Shown: positions 26,930 to 37,687, counted from the stretch's first letter. The stretch: 64,000 bases of DNA from Candidatus Zixiibacteriota bacterium (GCA_050117845.1 JASFLY010000003.1:145095-209094), one strand, 5' to 3'. The notes: generated by a model from the sequence alone, not told the origin. A program made the numbers and translations.

Positions 26930-28530
26930 AAGGGGCCCCCGCACCGGCTACGCCCGCGGCCCGATTCGTAGACGGCTCCGTCCGCAACCCTCAAGGCCGT
27001 CCGCAGCGGCACGCCGGTGACCAGTTCGGCCTCCGTCGGCAAATACCACCGCCACGTTACGTTATCGAAGTACGCGATCACCGCCGACGTCCCATCGATT
27101 TCGCTCATACATTTTCCTAAATCATGTGGGTACGTTTCGTTGGGTAAACGCGAAGCGCCTACGAATTTTCGCGGAAGAAACCGAGTCGGCCTGCCGGTGT
27201 GGATATAAATGGCGTCGGGTGCGTTGGAATAAACTACGGTGCCGGGTTCTAGCCTCCCGACCGCGGCGACGAGTTCCGATTCCCGCCATTTCTCGCCGGT
27301 AAACTCCAAAACGTCGCCGCCCCTATACGCCTCGGTTACGACGGGGACGGCGCCCGATAACCCGCAGGCTACGAACAACGCGGCGGCCGCGGCCGCAGTC
27401 GCCCGAACGCCGACGCCCGGGCGCAAGCGGCGCCACAGGTAGTCGGCGATAACGGCCCCGAGCAAAAGGGACGCGACGTAAACGGACAAGAAGGTCCGGT
27501 TGCTCATCTGAACGCATACGTCCACGAACGTTATCGTGAAAAAGTAAATCGAAATATAGGAGGCGATATACGCGGCGGGGACCGCGGCGACCCGGATTAG
27601 CTCTTTGAATCCGCCGTTGCCGGGCCCGTCCGTTGCCGGCGTCCGCCTTTTACGTAGCACTAGAAAACCCGTGGTCAACAACGCCGCCCCGGCGATTAGT
27701 ATCAGCGCCCGTTTCGTCGCGGTCGTGGCCACAGGAACTGAATAGGCCAACGCCGCGGCGATGCCGCTTTTAACGTGATCCCAGGTTACGGGGTGGAACG
27801 CGATCGGCCTCGCGTCCACCGAACCGCCCCGGTAGTATTTCGCCGCCAGCCACATAATCGCAGGTAAAACACTCAGCGTCATAAAAACCGCGAGCGCCGC
27901 AAGCCGCCGTTTCCGGTTTTCTTTACCAAGGAACAACAAGGCCGCCGCGCCGGCCGCTATGAGTGCCGCGCCGTCGTACCTCGTCAGGATGGCCAAGCCT
28001 ACAATGAGCGCCCCCGCCGCGAGCAACCCGACCTCCCGCAGACGGGTATAGGCGACGACCGTCGCGACGCCCGCCAAGCCGAGGAATATATAAAGCGGTT
28101 CGGTCCAGGCGAAGAAGTGGACGTTCCACGCGGCGGCCGACGATAGGACGGCGAGCGAGACGAACGCCGCGAGCCATCGCCGCCCCGTTAACCTGTATGC
28201 AACGAACCCCACCAGGAATACGTTGGCGGCGAAAAGGGCCGCGGCGAGGACCCGCGCCGCGTCGACCGCGTCGAGGCCCGGATAACTGACCGCCGCCAGA
28301 GCCATCGGGTAGAACGGCGGATGGTACGGCAAAAGCACCAGCCCGGCCTCGTCGGATAATACCGCGGCGCCGTTCCCGGCGACGATGTTCCGGGCGGCGC
28401 AAATGTAGGCCACGGAATCCGGAGAGATGCCCGGACCGTATCTTGTGCCGACTAACACGACGGCGGATCCCGCCAGCGCCAGGCCGACGAGTAACGCGGC
28501 GAACCAACGCGTACGGCCGCCCTTTAACAT
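26926..28530 (-). CDS. GT-C fold (PMT/ArnT-like) integral membrane glycosyltransferase
   Basis: Start MLKGGR at 28530; SPDSVAY, HPPFYP, WTEPLY, LTRYDG motifs; multiple TMs. Confidence 0.75.
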   Translation of the reverse strand: MLKGGRTRWFAALLVGLALAGSAVVLVGTRYGPGISPDSVAYICAARNIVAGNGAAVLSDEAGLVLLPYHPPFYPMALAAVSYPGLDAVDAARVLAAALFAANVFLVGFVAYRLTGRRWLAAFVSLAVLSSAAAWNVHFFAWTEPLYIFLGLAGVATVVAYTRLREVGLLAAGALIVGLAILTRYDGAALIAAGAAALLFLGKENRKRRLAALAVFMTLSVLPAIMWLAAKYYRGGSVDARPIAFHPVTWDHVKSGIAAALAYSVPVATTATKRALILIAGAALLTTGFLVLRKRRTPATDGPGNGGFKELIRVAAVPAAYIASYISIYFFTITFVDVCVQMSNRTFLSVYVASLLLGAVIADYLWRRLRPGVGVRATAAAAAALFVACGLSGAVPVVTEAYRGGDVLEFTGEKWRESELVAAVGRLEPGTVVYSNAPDAIYIHTGRPTRFLPRKFVGASRLPNETYPHDLGKCMSEIDGTSAVIAYFDNVTWRWYLPTEAELVTGVPLRTALRVADGAVYESGRGRSRCGGPL

Positions 28531-29732
28531 AACGACGCCACTTCCCTCATCGCCCGGGCCATAGCCGCGACGTTCTTCTCGATGTCGAACTTCTCCTCGA
28601 CGATCCGGGGGCCGGCCGGGAACCGGCCGCCGCCGTTCCAGGAATCGTCGTAGACCTCTTCTATGGCCCCGGCCAGCGCTTCCGCGTCCCCCGGCGGAAC
28701 CAGAATGCCGGCGCCGGCTTCGACCGCTTCGGGTATCCCGGAGATATCCGTGGAGACCACCGGGACGCCGGAGGCCATCGCCTCCTTGATGACCACCGGG
28801 CTCGAGTCCATATAACCCCCGGGGACGGGGACGCACGGCAGCACGAAAACGGCCGCCTCCCGTAAACGCTCCTTAACGTCATCGTGCGAGAGGGCCCCGG
28901 CGAAGGTTACGACGTCGGCCACGCCGAGTTCATCCCGCAAAGCTTCCAGGTCGCGGCGCAACGGCCCGTCGCCGACCAGGACGCATTCGAAGGCCAGGCC
29001 GCGCTCCTTCAAACGCCGCGCGGCCCGCAACAGGTACCCGAAACCCTTGGGCTCCACAAGATTGCCGACGGATAAGATGCGGAAGGGCCGGCGGCGGTGG
29101 GCGCTCGTCTTTTCGAATTCGCGCCGATCCACGCCGCAATGAATGGCGCGGACCTTTCCGTTCCCGCCGAACCGGCCCAGGAGGTCCTCTTGTATATATC
29201 GCGTCGCCGTGCGCACGAACGCGGCGTACCGCACCTTCTGTTTTAACATTACCGCCTCGGCCCGCGTGTCCCGGCCGGAGTGGGCCGCGAACGAGAAGGG
29301 GAGGCCGGAAAGCGCCGCGGCGAACATCGCCACCGTCGCCGGCTGGTCCGCGAAACCGCCGTGGAGCAGGTCGACTCCGTGGCGGCGCAAGTGGAGGGCC
29401 GCCTTCCCCGCCTGGAGGAAATTAAGGCAGACTGCTTTCCTGCGGGAGAAGACAGCCGACAACAGCGTCCGAACGAACGCGACAGGCCGCCGTACCGCCA
29501 ACGAGAACATCCGGAATAAAACCGTCAAGCGCCGCAGATTCGACGCCGGCAAAGAGCAGTCGACGGACGGGACGTCGGCTTCAACGCCCTCGACGAGGGA
29601 AGGCCGCGGCCGCGGCGGCTCGAGCGTGAACGCCGTTACGGCCACGCCCCGCCGCTCGAGCACCGCTATCTCGCCCGAGATAAAGGTCTCCGAGAGCTGG
29701 GGAAACGCGAATACTATATATCCTATACGCAT
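28524..29732 (-). CDS. Glycosyltransferase family 4 (WcaL-like)
   Basis: FPQLSETFI, VGNLVEPKG, IKEAMASGVPVVST. Confidence 0.9.
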   Translation of the reverse strand: MRIGYIVFAFPQLSETFISGEIAVLERRGVAVTAFTLEPPRPRPSLVEGVEADVPSVDCSLPASNLRRLTVLFRMFSLAVRRPVAFVRTLLSAVFSRRKAVCLNFLQAGKAALHLRRHGVDLLHGGFADQPATVAMFAAALSGLPFSFAAHSGRDTRAEAVMLKQKVRYAAFVRTATRYIQEDLLGRFGGNGKVRAIHCGVDRREFEKTSAHRRRPFRILSVGNLVEPKGFGYLLRAARRLKERGLAFECVLVGDGPLRRDLEALRDELGVADVVTFAGALSHDDVKERLREAAVFVLPCVPVPGGYMDSSPVVIKEAMASGVPVVSTDISGIPEAVEAGAGILVPPGDAEALAGAIEEVYDDSWNGGGRFPAGPRIVEEKFDIEKNVAAMARAMREVASLC

Positions 29733-29796
29733 AGTGGTTCTATTCGCTAGCGGGATTAACCCGTCTTTACCACGGCAACGTATTGATGCGTGTTTT

Positions 29797-30591
29797 TTAT
29801 TTTGGCTTCCGGCATATTAGGAGTTCCGTCGTAGGGCTTTCTTTAAATAGCGATACGCATATATTTTCGAAAGGGTATAGAACCATTCCGAATAAAAAAC
29901 CGGATAATTCGTTCTTAGAGGCGACGCTAACTAACGCCCTCCAATTCGCCTTAAGGAAGCGGCTTTTCGTATCGATGGGGTCATTCATTAGGAATAGCAA
30001 CGGAACCCGTTTTACTAATTCGAAGCCCGCTTCTTCCAAAACGAATTCCGTCGTTTCCAAAGGCCTCCATACGAAGTGCTCCGTTCGTACGGTACTTCCG
30101 TGGATAAAAACGTCGGAAAAAATTAATACGCCGCCCGGTTTTAATAACGAATACAGGTTCGTTATCGCTTTAGCGAAACGGACATCGTCGACGATATGGT
30201 ATAAAACGTCCAAGGCCGAAATCGCATCGTACGTACGGCCTGCTAACTCATTTAAGCCGCCCCCGATATCTAGACGGTAGAAAGGGTGATCTGGGTATTT
30301 CCCCCGTAGTTTTTCGATCGATATATTAGTAATATCTACGCCGGTCATTTTATCGACGCCGTTTTCTTTCCAGTTATCGAAACAAAAACCGGTCCCGACG
30401 CCTACATCTAATACCTCCTTATCCTGTAAATCCGGACCGATAGCTTTCATCTCTCGGGTCAGTACACGTTTCTTTACCCGATACATCCAATTATTGAAAC
30501 TCTTACCAACCCCCAATCGGCCTACCGATTCGATACCGAAACTCCCCGTTAGTCTATTCTCCCAGTAATTCTCCGGGATAAACGTAGGCAT
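29797..30591 (-). CDS. Class I SAM-dependent methyltransferase (lower GC)
   Basis: VLDVGVGTG, GVDI, DVLYHI, LKPGG. Confidence 0.88.
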   Translation of the reverse strand: MPTFIPENYWENRLTGSFGIESVGRLGVGKSFNNWMYRVKKRVLTREMKAIGPDLQDKEVLDVGVGTGFCFDNWKENGVDKMTGVDITNISIEKLRGKYPDHPFYRLDIGGGLNELAGRTYDAISALDVLYHIVDDVRFAKAITNLYSLLKPGGVLIFSDVFIHGSTVRTEHFVWRPLETTEFVLEEAGFELVKRVPLLFLMNDPIDTKSRFLKANWRALVSVASKNELSGFLFGMVLYPFENICVSLFKESPTTELLICRKPK

Positions 30592-30651
30592 AGCATTACT
30601 CTCCTTTATACGCCGTATATTTCAAACTGGTGGGTACTGGGGGAACCGTAA

Positions 30652-32196
30652 TCATATTCGGCCTTTCGCTTGGGAAATTATCCTATCGCCCTGGTACCCG
30701 TACCGGGCGAGAGTTAGACGAGCCCTCTCTCTCACAAACGAGACGGCAGTTATTATTTCGGCACGTCGGTACGCGAAAGCGAAGATAGCGTAAACGAGTG
30801 TGGATACGAAAACTGAACCTGCTACGCTTGCCAAGGTACCGTAACGGGAATGTAGCACCCAACCCGTAAGGGAAGTACAGACGCCCACCGAGACAGAAGT
30901 AAAAACCGCCGGCATTACCGATTTTACGTATTGCCTCAGACGCAACCCGATAATCCGGTTAGTAAAATACTGGCTTAAGCCGCCGGCTATCAATACGTAC
31001 GCAGCGAATCCGATACCTACTCCGACTAAACCGTAACGGACACCTATGAACATACCGGCTATTATTAATGGTAAGGAGAACATCGAAAGTTTTAACTCCA
31101 AACCGGCACGTCCTTTAGCTAAAACGACGGGCCCATTAAGAGTAATAACCGCGACGGCGGCACCGGCAATACACATTAACCGGAGCGGCGTAACAATAAA
31201 CAACCACTGGGAACCGAAGAACACTTCCACTACCGGCCCGGGATTGCCGGCGACGAAGGCGAGCGCCGGCCACGTTATAAAGGCCGTCACGGATATAATT
31301 TTTATATACGCCCGCCGGAGCCTTTCGTCGTCGTCCTGGATGCGCGAGAAGCCGGGGAAACAAACCTTCGAGAGTATCCACGACACGCGCTGCTGGGGAG
31401 CCGTTATCAGGCGTTTCGTAATGTTGTACCCGCCCAGGAGGCCCGCGCCGAGAGCCCGGCCCACGATAAAGGTATCTGCCTGGAATCGGACGGCGTGGCA
31501 CAAGTTGGAGGCGGCGTTCTTCGCGCCGAACGAGAACAGGGGTCGGAGAGACGACGCGTCGAAGCGGCCGAAAGGCCGTTCCCGCGAAAGCCAGGTCAAC
31601 ACGACCACCCGGCCGACGGCCCCGCCGAGCTCGCCCCCGACGAGACTCCACGGGCCGAAGCCGGAGAGTGCCAGAGGGACGGCGACGGCGACGTACGAAA
31701 AAGCGTGCACCGCGTCGGCGACGCCGACCTCGCGGAACTTCATCTTTCGGCGCAGAACGGAATCCGGTACGACCGCCAGGGCGTTGATAACGAAACCGGC
31801 CGAGAAGACGCGGAGTAATGCTACCACTCGCGGCTCGCGGAACAGCGCGCCGAGGAGAGGGGCCGCCAGGACAGTTATCGTCGCGACGGCCGCGGCGAGC
31901 GCCAGGAAAACCCACGCGGCGGAACTCCGTTGGAGAGGCGTCAGCTCCCGGGCCTGTATCAGCGCGTTGGGCAATCCCATTTCGATAAAGATGACGGTTA
32001 CGCCCGTCACGACGAAACACATCGCGACCAGGCCGAAGTCCCCGGGCGATAGTATCCGCACCAGAACCAGAAGGCCGACAAAGCGGACACCCTGGACGAG
32101 CACCTGAGACGCCCCTACCCAGAAGGCGCCGCCCAGGATCCGATCCCGGAGTTCCGTCAATTTAAAAGATGCGGGTTGAGGAGTCTCGTTCGCCAA
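30652..32196 (-). CDS. wzx: Polysaccharide flippase (WzxC family)
   Basis: LVRILSPGDFGLVAM, GFGPWSLV, LFSFG, LGGYN, FPGFSRIQDD; many TMs. Confidence 0.9.
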   Translation of the reverse strand: MANETPQPASFKLTELRDRILGGAFWVGASQVLVQGVRFVGLLVLVRILSPGDFGLVAMCFVVTGVTVIFIEMGLPNALIQARELTPLQRSSAAWVFLALAAAVATITVLAAPLLGALFREPRVVALLRVFSAGFVINALAVVPDSVLRRKMKFREVGVADAVHAFSYVAVAVPLALSGFGPWSLVGGELGGAVGRVVVLTWLSRERPFGRFDASSLRPLFSFGAKNAASNLCHAVRFQADTFIVGRALGAGLLGGYNITKRLITAPQQRVSWILSKVCFPGFSRIQDDDERLRRAYIKIISVTAFITWPALAFVAGNPGPVVEVFFGSQWLFIVTPLRLMCIAGAAVAVITLNGPVVLAKGRAGLELKLSMFSLPLIIAGMFIGVRYGLVGVGIGFAAYVLIAGGLSQYFTNRIIGLRLRQYVKSVMPAVFTSVSVGVCTSLTGWVLHSRYGTLASVAGSVFVSTLVYAIFAFAYRRAEIITAVSFVRERARLTLARYGYQGDRIISQAKGRI

Positions 32197-32274
32197 TTGG
32201 CCGACCTTATTCCGTAATATTTATCCCGTCGTTAAATCCGTTGAGCCGGACTAACCCCGCCCCGTGACGTCGCG

Positions 32275-34185
32275 TCAATCCTTTACGTACGCCAGACTCT
32301 TCAGCCGGAATATCTCTTCCTCGGTTAATTTGACCGTCGCCGGGGCCGCGCACTCCCCCGCTTTCTCGGCGACGGCGAGGCGTTTCCGCCGGAGTTCGCC
32401 CAGCAGATCGTCGGCGTCGTCGAATCGGTATCGGTTTAAACGCTCGTCGGGGTCGTCCTCCCGATCGTAGAATTCGATCCGGCCCTTTTCTCGGTCGTCG
32501 ATTATCGTGAAGCGCGCGGAGTGAAGGGCCGCCGGTTCGTCCGCGAAAGTGCGCGTTTCGGAATATACGAACCTCTCGCCCGCGGAAGCGGCCACGAGGG
32601 CGCCCAACGCCTTGCCCTCGAGGTCGGACGGCGCGGAGACGCCAGTGTGGGCGTAGACGGTCGGCGCCAGGTCCGCCAGGCTCACCGCGCCGCCGTACCA
32701 GCGGCAAGAAGCCAGCGGCCCGGCGGGAGCGCGGACCAATAACGGGACGCGGATAACTTCGCGGTAATGCGTATCGTGCCCCAAAAAGCCGTGTTCCCTG
32801 AACATCTCGCCGTGGTCGGCCGTGACTATCACCAACGTGTTTTCGAAGAGGCCCCGCCCCTCGAAGGCGGCGAATACGTCTCCCAGGCGGTCGTCCACGT
32901 ACGCCACTTCTCCCAGGTACAGCGCCCGCAGGACGTCGACCTCGGTAAACTCGTACGAGTAGCCGTCCTCCACGTCACGGGTTAGTTTCTCCAGGGCCCG
33001 CCGTCGCAACTCCGGCGTACCGCGTACGAACTCGGCCGGCGGTGTATAGGGCATGTGGGGGTCCAGGTAATGGGCGTACAGGAAAAAGGGACGGTCACCC
33101 TCGTAGGAGTCGAGGAAGTCAACCGTCTCGCGCGTCACCAAATCCGTTATTCGCTCTTCCCCCGGGCGGTTCGCCAGGAGGCGGACGGACGCGCCGTAAA
33201 TACTATTGAACACGGTATCGTGGAACGCGGGGAAGGCGTCCGGTTCGGTTACCATGTGGTAGTCGTCGAAGCCGCGGTTGAAACCCAAGGCCGGCCTCAG
33301 GACGTCGTTGCCGATTATCGCCCGGCAGTAGTATCCCTCCCGTGACAACGCCTCGGCGAGAGTGATCCAGTCGCCGCCGGGTGCCGCGTCGATCCGGGCC
33401 TTGTGAACGGTCGGGTACTGGGAAGTGAAAATCGTCATGACCGACCGATTGGTTTGGGGCGCGCAGGAATACGCGTTCTCGAAACGGCAGGCGCGGGCGG
33501 CGAAGCGGTCCAGGTTGGGCGTCGGCAGCGGCGCGCCGTAGCAAGAGAGCGCGTCGGCCCTCAGCGTGTCGACTACGATGAGGGCGACGTTCGGCCGCGG
33601 CGGCGGGGCGGCCGACGCCTCGGCGGCCAATCCGCCCGGCGCGAACAGGACCAGGGCCGAAAGCGCAACCGCGGCGGCCGCGGCGACCTGCAAGGTCCGG
33701 AAAACGCCCCAGGCCGCCAGGTGACGGAAGTATACGGCTAAAAGTTTTGCCGCGGGGTAAACGGCGACGGCGAAGGCCGAAAACAACGCCGCGTTCAATA
33801 GAAGGCTTTGCGCCGAGAGGAACCTCGCGTTCCGGCCTATGTAATAGAAATTAACCGGCTCGAGGCATATAAGATAAGCGAGGCTCACGGCGGCCACGGC
33901 TGTCGGCCACGCCGGACCCGGCCGCCCCCCCTTGCCCGATATCCGCCGGACTAGCGCGGCCGCGCCGGCGACCACGGCCGTGACGGCGGCCATGAATATG
34001 AAATCGGCGAGCGTATTCTGGGCGAAATAAGAAAGCACCTGGGGACGGGTCGCCTCATGCAACGGCCCCCGGGCCAGCATCCAAAAATAATTACCAAGGA
34101 CCCAATATTCGGCCAAAGCGCACGTGAGCGCCAGGAGGCCAAGCGTACCGAACCACGTCAAATACCAACGATAGACTTTCCTCAC
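32275..34185 (-). CDS. Membrane-anchored sulfatase-like hydrolase/transferase
   Basis: N-terminal TMs, PNVALIVVDTLRAD, APQTNRS, HYLDPHMPY, TADHGEMF.EHG. Confidence 0.88.
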   Translation of the reverse strand: MRKVYRWYLTWFGTLGLLALTCALAEYWVLGNYFWMLARGPLHEATRPQVLSYFAQNTLADFIFMAAVTAVVAGAAALVRRISGKGGRPGPAWPTAVAAVSLAYLICLEPVNFYYIGRNARFLSAQSLLLNAALFSAFAVAVYPAAKLLAVYFRHLAAWGVFRTLQVAAAAAVALSALVLFAPGGLAAEASAAPPPRPNVALIVVDTLRADALSCYGAPLPTPNLDRFAARACRFENAYSCAPQTNRSVMTIFTSQYPTVHKARIDAAPGGDWITLAEALSREGYYCRAIIGNDVLRPALGFNRGFDDYHMVTEPDAFPAFHDTVFNSIYGASVRLLANRPGEERITDLVTRETVDFLDSYEGDRPFFLYAHYLDPHMPYTPPAEFVRGTPELRRRALEKLTRDVEDGYSYEFTEVDVLRALYLGEVAYVDDRLGDVFAAFEGRGLFENTLVIVTADHGEMFREHGFLGHDTHYREVIRVPLLVRAPAGPLASCRWYGGAVSLADLAPTVYAHTGVSAPSDLEGKALGALVAASAGERFVYSETRTFADEPAALHSARFTIIDDREKGRIEFYDREDDPDERLNRYRFDDADDLLGELRRKRLAVAEKAGECAAPATVKLTEEEIFRLKSLAYVKD

Positions 34186-34295
34186 GTCCTCTTCCTTCTG
34201 TCAACCCAACTCCGTAAACGATTCCGGCGTACCTGAAGATTGCGGCCCCGGCCTTGCGCCCCGGGCCAAAACGTACTTCTTTCGCATCGTCCGGG

Positions 34296-36497
34296 TTATT
34301 CTTTGAGTATCGGCTCGGCCTTATCTTTCCGGCCGTAACCGTAGCGGTAATAACGATAGTACCCGTACCCGTATCCGTACGACTCTCCCAGTTCCGCGCA
34401 ATTCAATACGATTCCGGCCACGTCGCCGCCGACCTGTTTGAGTGTGCGAACGGCCCGGTCCAACTCTTGCGCCCCGACGACCCCTGCCCGGACCACCATA
34501 ATGAACTTCTTGACGGCCCCGGCCACAAGGGCGACGTCGGCCACCGGGAAGACCGGCGGAACGTCGAACAGCGTCAGGTCGAACTCCTCGCGGGCGGCCT
34601 TGATGAAGGCCGGGAAACGCGGCGAGGCCAAGAGCGCCGGCGACGCCGACGCGTTCGTTCCGGCGCCGACCACGACCAAGCCCTCGGCGTCGGTCTCGTT
34701 TTTAATATCTTCCCAACCGGCTTCGCCTCTCAAGAAATCGGCCAGGCCGGGGCCGCCGGCGACGCCCGCCAGCTCCCCGGTGGTGCGTTTTTCGAGGTCG
34801 GCGTCGACGAGCAGCGTGGGCGTGCCCAATTGCGCGAAGCTGCAAGCCAGGTTGGCGGCTACCGTCGATTTCCCCTCCTGGGCCCGGGAACTCGTGAGGC
34901 CCAGGATGACGCTACGGCTGCCGCCGTTGTTCCCAAACAGGTGCGTGAGTTGGGCGTAAAGCTGGCGATACGCTTCCGCGGCCGGGGACTTGGGCGCGTC
35001 CGCGACGACGCGGGCCGGGTGGACGTCGCCCCAACCGTTTCGCCCGTTGCGGTTCCCGGCCGACGCAGTCAAACTCCGCCGGGCGCCGAAATACGGGATA
35101 ACGCCCAGGACATTGGCGCCGGCGACCTGTTGGGCGTCGCCGGCCGTTTTGACCGTACGGTCGAAATATTCCACGGCGGCTACGGCGGCGGAGCCGAACA
35201 ACAAACCGCACAGAACGCCCAGCGCCAGGCTCTGCTTGCGGCGAGGCGCAAACGGGTACTGGGGCGGGACCGCGCTGCTGAATACGCGGGCGGTGCCGAC
35301 CTCCGAGGCTTCGGCGATCCGCGCCTCCTCGCGCTTCTCGATAAGAAGCATATATATGTTCTCGTTGGCTTCTTTCTCGCGGGTCAGGCGGGCCAGCTCG
35401 AACTCCTTTTCGGGCAGGGCCGCGAGCCGGCCTTCAGCCGTCGCCACGGTGACCGATAGTTCCCGCTCCGCCGTCTCGAGCGTCGCGACGTCGGTCCGTA
35501 CGGCCTCGAGTTCCTCCGCCAGCGCTCCTACGCGCGTGAACAGGTCGAGGTTGTACTCGTCCCCGACCACTCCCGCCGCAGCTTCGGCCAACTCTCCCCG
35601 GGCCAACGCGATTTCCTCGCCCAACGACTTTAATTCGGGATGGCTCGGGCCGTAGCCCTTCAGTACCAGGCTGGCGTACCGATACTCCAGAGTTACCAAT
35701 TTCTTCTGCAGTTGCTCCGCCACCGGCGAGGAGACGTTGGTTCCGGAGGCCAGGAGCCGTTCTTTGGTCTCGCGCAATTCGTCTTCCAGATATCCGCGCT
35801 TGCGTTCGGCCACCGCCAGGTCCACCCGCGTTTTCTCGAGCGATTTTTCGAAGTCGGCGCCGGTTCGTATCAACTCGGTTGTCTCGGCCGGAAGCGACAC
35901 GACGCCGCTCGAACGCTTGAACATCTCGAGCGCGAGCTCGCTCCGGGCCAGCCGTTCCTCGTACCCGTCCAGTTGCTTCTCTATAAATTCCTTCGCCGTG
36001 GATGCGCTCTTGCGACGGTGACGGAGGTGGGCGTCCATGAACGCCTCGGCCACGAGGTTAGCCAGCGCCGCCGCCCGGTCCGGGTCGCGGGCCTCGGTCG
36101 TAATCTCCACAATATCGGTATCGTTGAGCGCCCGGGCCTTGAGTGCGCCACCTATCTCGGCCTCGGTGGGCGGGTCGTCCGGGTACAATTCCCGCCCCAG
36201 GGACGCGGCGTTGACCACCGTTTCCCTGCTCCGTATTAACTCCAGGTCGTTTTCGAGTTCGTTGGACCGGGGCACAAAGGCGGCCTCCAAGCCCAAGCTC
36301 TCGTTCTCGCGGTCGAAGATAACGCGGGCCGTCGCGGCGTAACGATCCGGTGCCTGAAGAACGTATATCACGGTGGCCGCGACGGGCAAGGCCGCGGCGG
36401 CGACGAACAGCCAACGCCGGCGCCATACCGCGCGCCACAGGCGGGCGAGTTGTCGGACTATGGGGTCGAAAGACCAATATGTCTGGTTTACGTACAT
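34296..36497 (-). CDS. wzc: Polysaccharide co-polymerase/tyrosine autokinase
   Basis: Two TMs around a coiled-coil periplasmic region, AEAYR, Walker A EGKSTVAANLA, LLVDAD, DVPP, C-terminal Tyr cluster YGYGYGYYRYYRYGYG. Confidence 0.93.
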   Translation of the reverse strand: MYVNQTYWSFDPIVRQLARLWRAVWRRRWLFVAAAALPVAATVIYVLQAPDRYAATARVIFDRENESLGLEAAFVPRSNELENDLELIRSRETVVNAASLGRELYPDDPPTEAEIGGALKARALNDTDIVEITTEARDPDRAAALANLVAEAFMDAHLRHRRKSASTAKEFIEKQLDGYEERLARSELALEMFKRSSGVVSLPAETTELIRTGADFEKSLEKTRVDLAVAERKRGYLEDELRETKERLLASGTNVSSPVAEQLQKKLVTLEYRYASLVLKGYGPSHPELKSLGEEIALARGELAEAAAGVVGDEYNLDLFTRVGALAEELEAVRTDVATLETAERELSVTVATAEGRLAALPEKEFELARLTREKEANENIYMLLIEKREEARIAEASEVGTARVFSSAVPPQYPFAPRRKQSLALGVLCGLLFGSAAVAAVEYFDRTVKTAGDAQQVAGANVLGVIPYFGARRSLTASAGNRNGRNGWGDVHPARVVADAPKSPAAEAYRQLYAQLTHLFGNNGGSRSVILGLTSSRAQEGKSTVAANLACSFAQLGTPTLLVDADLEKRTTGELAGVAGGPGLADFLRGEAGWEDIKNETDAEGLVVVGAGTNASASPALLASPRFPAFIKAAREEFDLTLFDVPPVFPVADVALVAGAVKKFIMVVRAGVVGAQELDRAVRTLKQVGGDVAGIVLNCAELGESYGYGYGYYRYYRYGYGRKDKAEPILKE

Positions 36498-36508
36498 GTC
36501 GAGTTACC

Positions 36509-37030
36509 TCACTCTCCGCCGGCCACTTCGACGTACAAAATCACCGTACCGGCGATTACGGCCAACTCCGACATAATTTTTACGAATTCCCGCCACGCGT
36601 ATTTTTTATTGCGCCTAACGTAAATCGTATCCCCCGGTTGCAGTACGGGCAACCTGGCCACGTCGCCGGTATCGAGGTAGGCGTCGACGTCCACGGCCTC
36701 GTCTCCCCCGGCGCCCGGCCTCGTTAGCCGGACCGTCCCCAAATTGGCGAACTCGGTGGGGCCGCCAGCGTACGATATCAATCTCGTAACGTCGGACCCG
36801 TCCGGGATGCTGTAATACCCGGGATTCCGCACTTCGCCCCAAATACTAACCGGGACCAACAACTCCTCGTCGAGGGGCCGGGTCGACCCGTACGACGCCC
36901 GGTATCCGGGGTCCGCTTCGGCGCCGGCGCTGGTCCATACGTACGAATCGCTTCCCGCGGCGACGCTCACGCCGAAAATCGTCGTCGCCGTGAGGACGCA
37001 TATTCCCCTTTTTACCGCGTTAAGACTCAA
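36509..37030 (-). CDS. SLBB-domain polysaccharide export protein (minimal OPX/Wza-like)
   Basis: Signal peptide, VSIWGEVRNPGYY, ISYAGG, LQPGDTIYV. Confidence 0.8.
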   Translation of the reverse strand: MSLNAVKRGICVLTATTIFGVSVAAGSDSYVWTSAGAEADPGYRASYGSTRPLDEELLVPVSIWGEVRNPGYYSIPDGSDVTRLISYAGGPTEFANLGTVRLTRPGAGGDEAVDVDAYLDTGDVARLPVLQPGDTIYVRRNKKYAWREFVKIMSELAVIAGTVILYVEVAGGE

Positions 37031-37084
37031 GTTTCCCCTTTCAGTTAACCCAAGGCCGGAACCCGGCGCGCGATCGCGTACCCG

Positions 37085-37687
37085 TTATCGTATCGGTATT
37101 TGTAAGAGCTGCCCCGCGAATATCCAGTGCGGGTCCTTAATCTGGTACGCGTTGGCTTCGTAAATAACGGGCCACTCACCCGGATTGCCGTAGTACTTGT
37201 CGTAGCCGGCGATCTTCCCCAGGTACTCCCCTTCGACGACGCGGTGGATGGTGTGCGGCCCCGTATACCGGCCCGTGGGCCGCGGGTTTTCCCGTTCCCC
37301 CGAACCGGGATCCGTACCGGCCGGGCTCCGTTCCTCCGGCGTGGCCATCGCGACGTCGTGCCGTATCTGGCCGCCGTCGCCGGCCGCCACGGTCGCGTAC
37401 GCTTCGGCGCTATCCGGCGAATAACCCAACGCCTCCAGCTCGGCCCGTAGTTCGTCCCGTCGGGCCACGGCGACGCGGGTCGCCTCGTACTCATCGCGCA
37501 TTTCCTGGAGTTGCTTCAAGAGCGCTTCCCGTTCTTCGGCGGAGCGGCCGCTTTCGGCTTCCAGAGTTTCCAACTCCTTCTCGAGGCCGAAAAGCTCGTC
37601 CTGCATCCCGGTGATCGACCGGCCGGTTTGGCACGCGGCGGTCATTAACGCCCCGATAGCTATCCCCGTCATTAGTAGCTTTCTCAT
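37085..37687 (-). CDS. LysM-domain coiled-coil lipoprotein
   Basis: GGAGG RBS, MRKLL..TAAC lipobox-like signal, coiled coil, HRVVEGEYLGKIA..W..IYEAN..IKDPHWIFAGQLLQIP. Confidence 0.85.
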   Translation of the reverse strand: MRKLLMTGIAIGALMTAACQTGRSITGMQDELFGLEKELETLEAESGRSAEEREALLKQLQEMRDEYEATRVAVARRDELRAELEALGYSPDSAEAYATVAAGDGGQIRHDVAMATPEERSPAGTDPGSGERENPRPTGRYTGPHTIHRVVEGEYLGKIAGYDKYYGNPGEWPVIYEANAYQIKDPHWIFAGQLLQIPIR

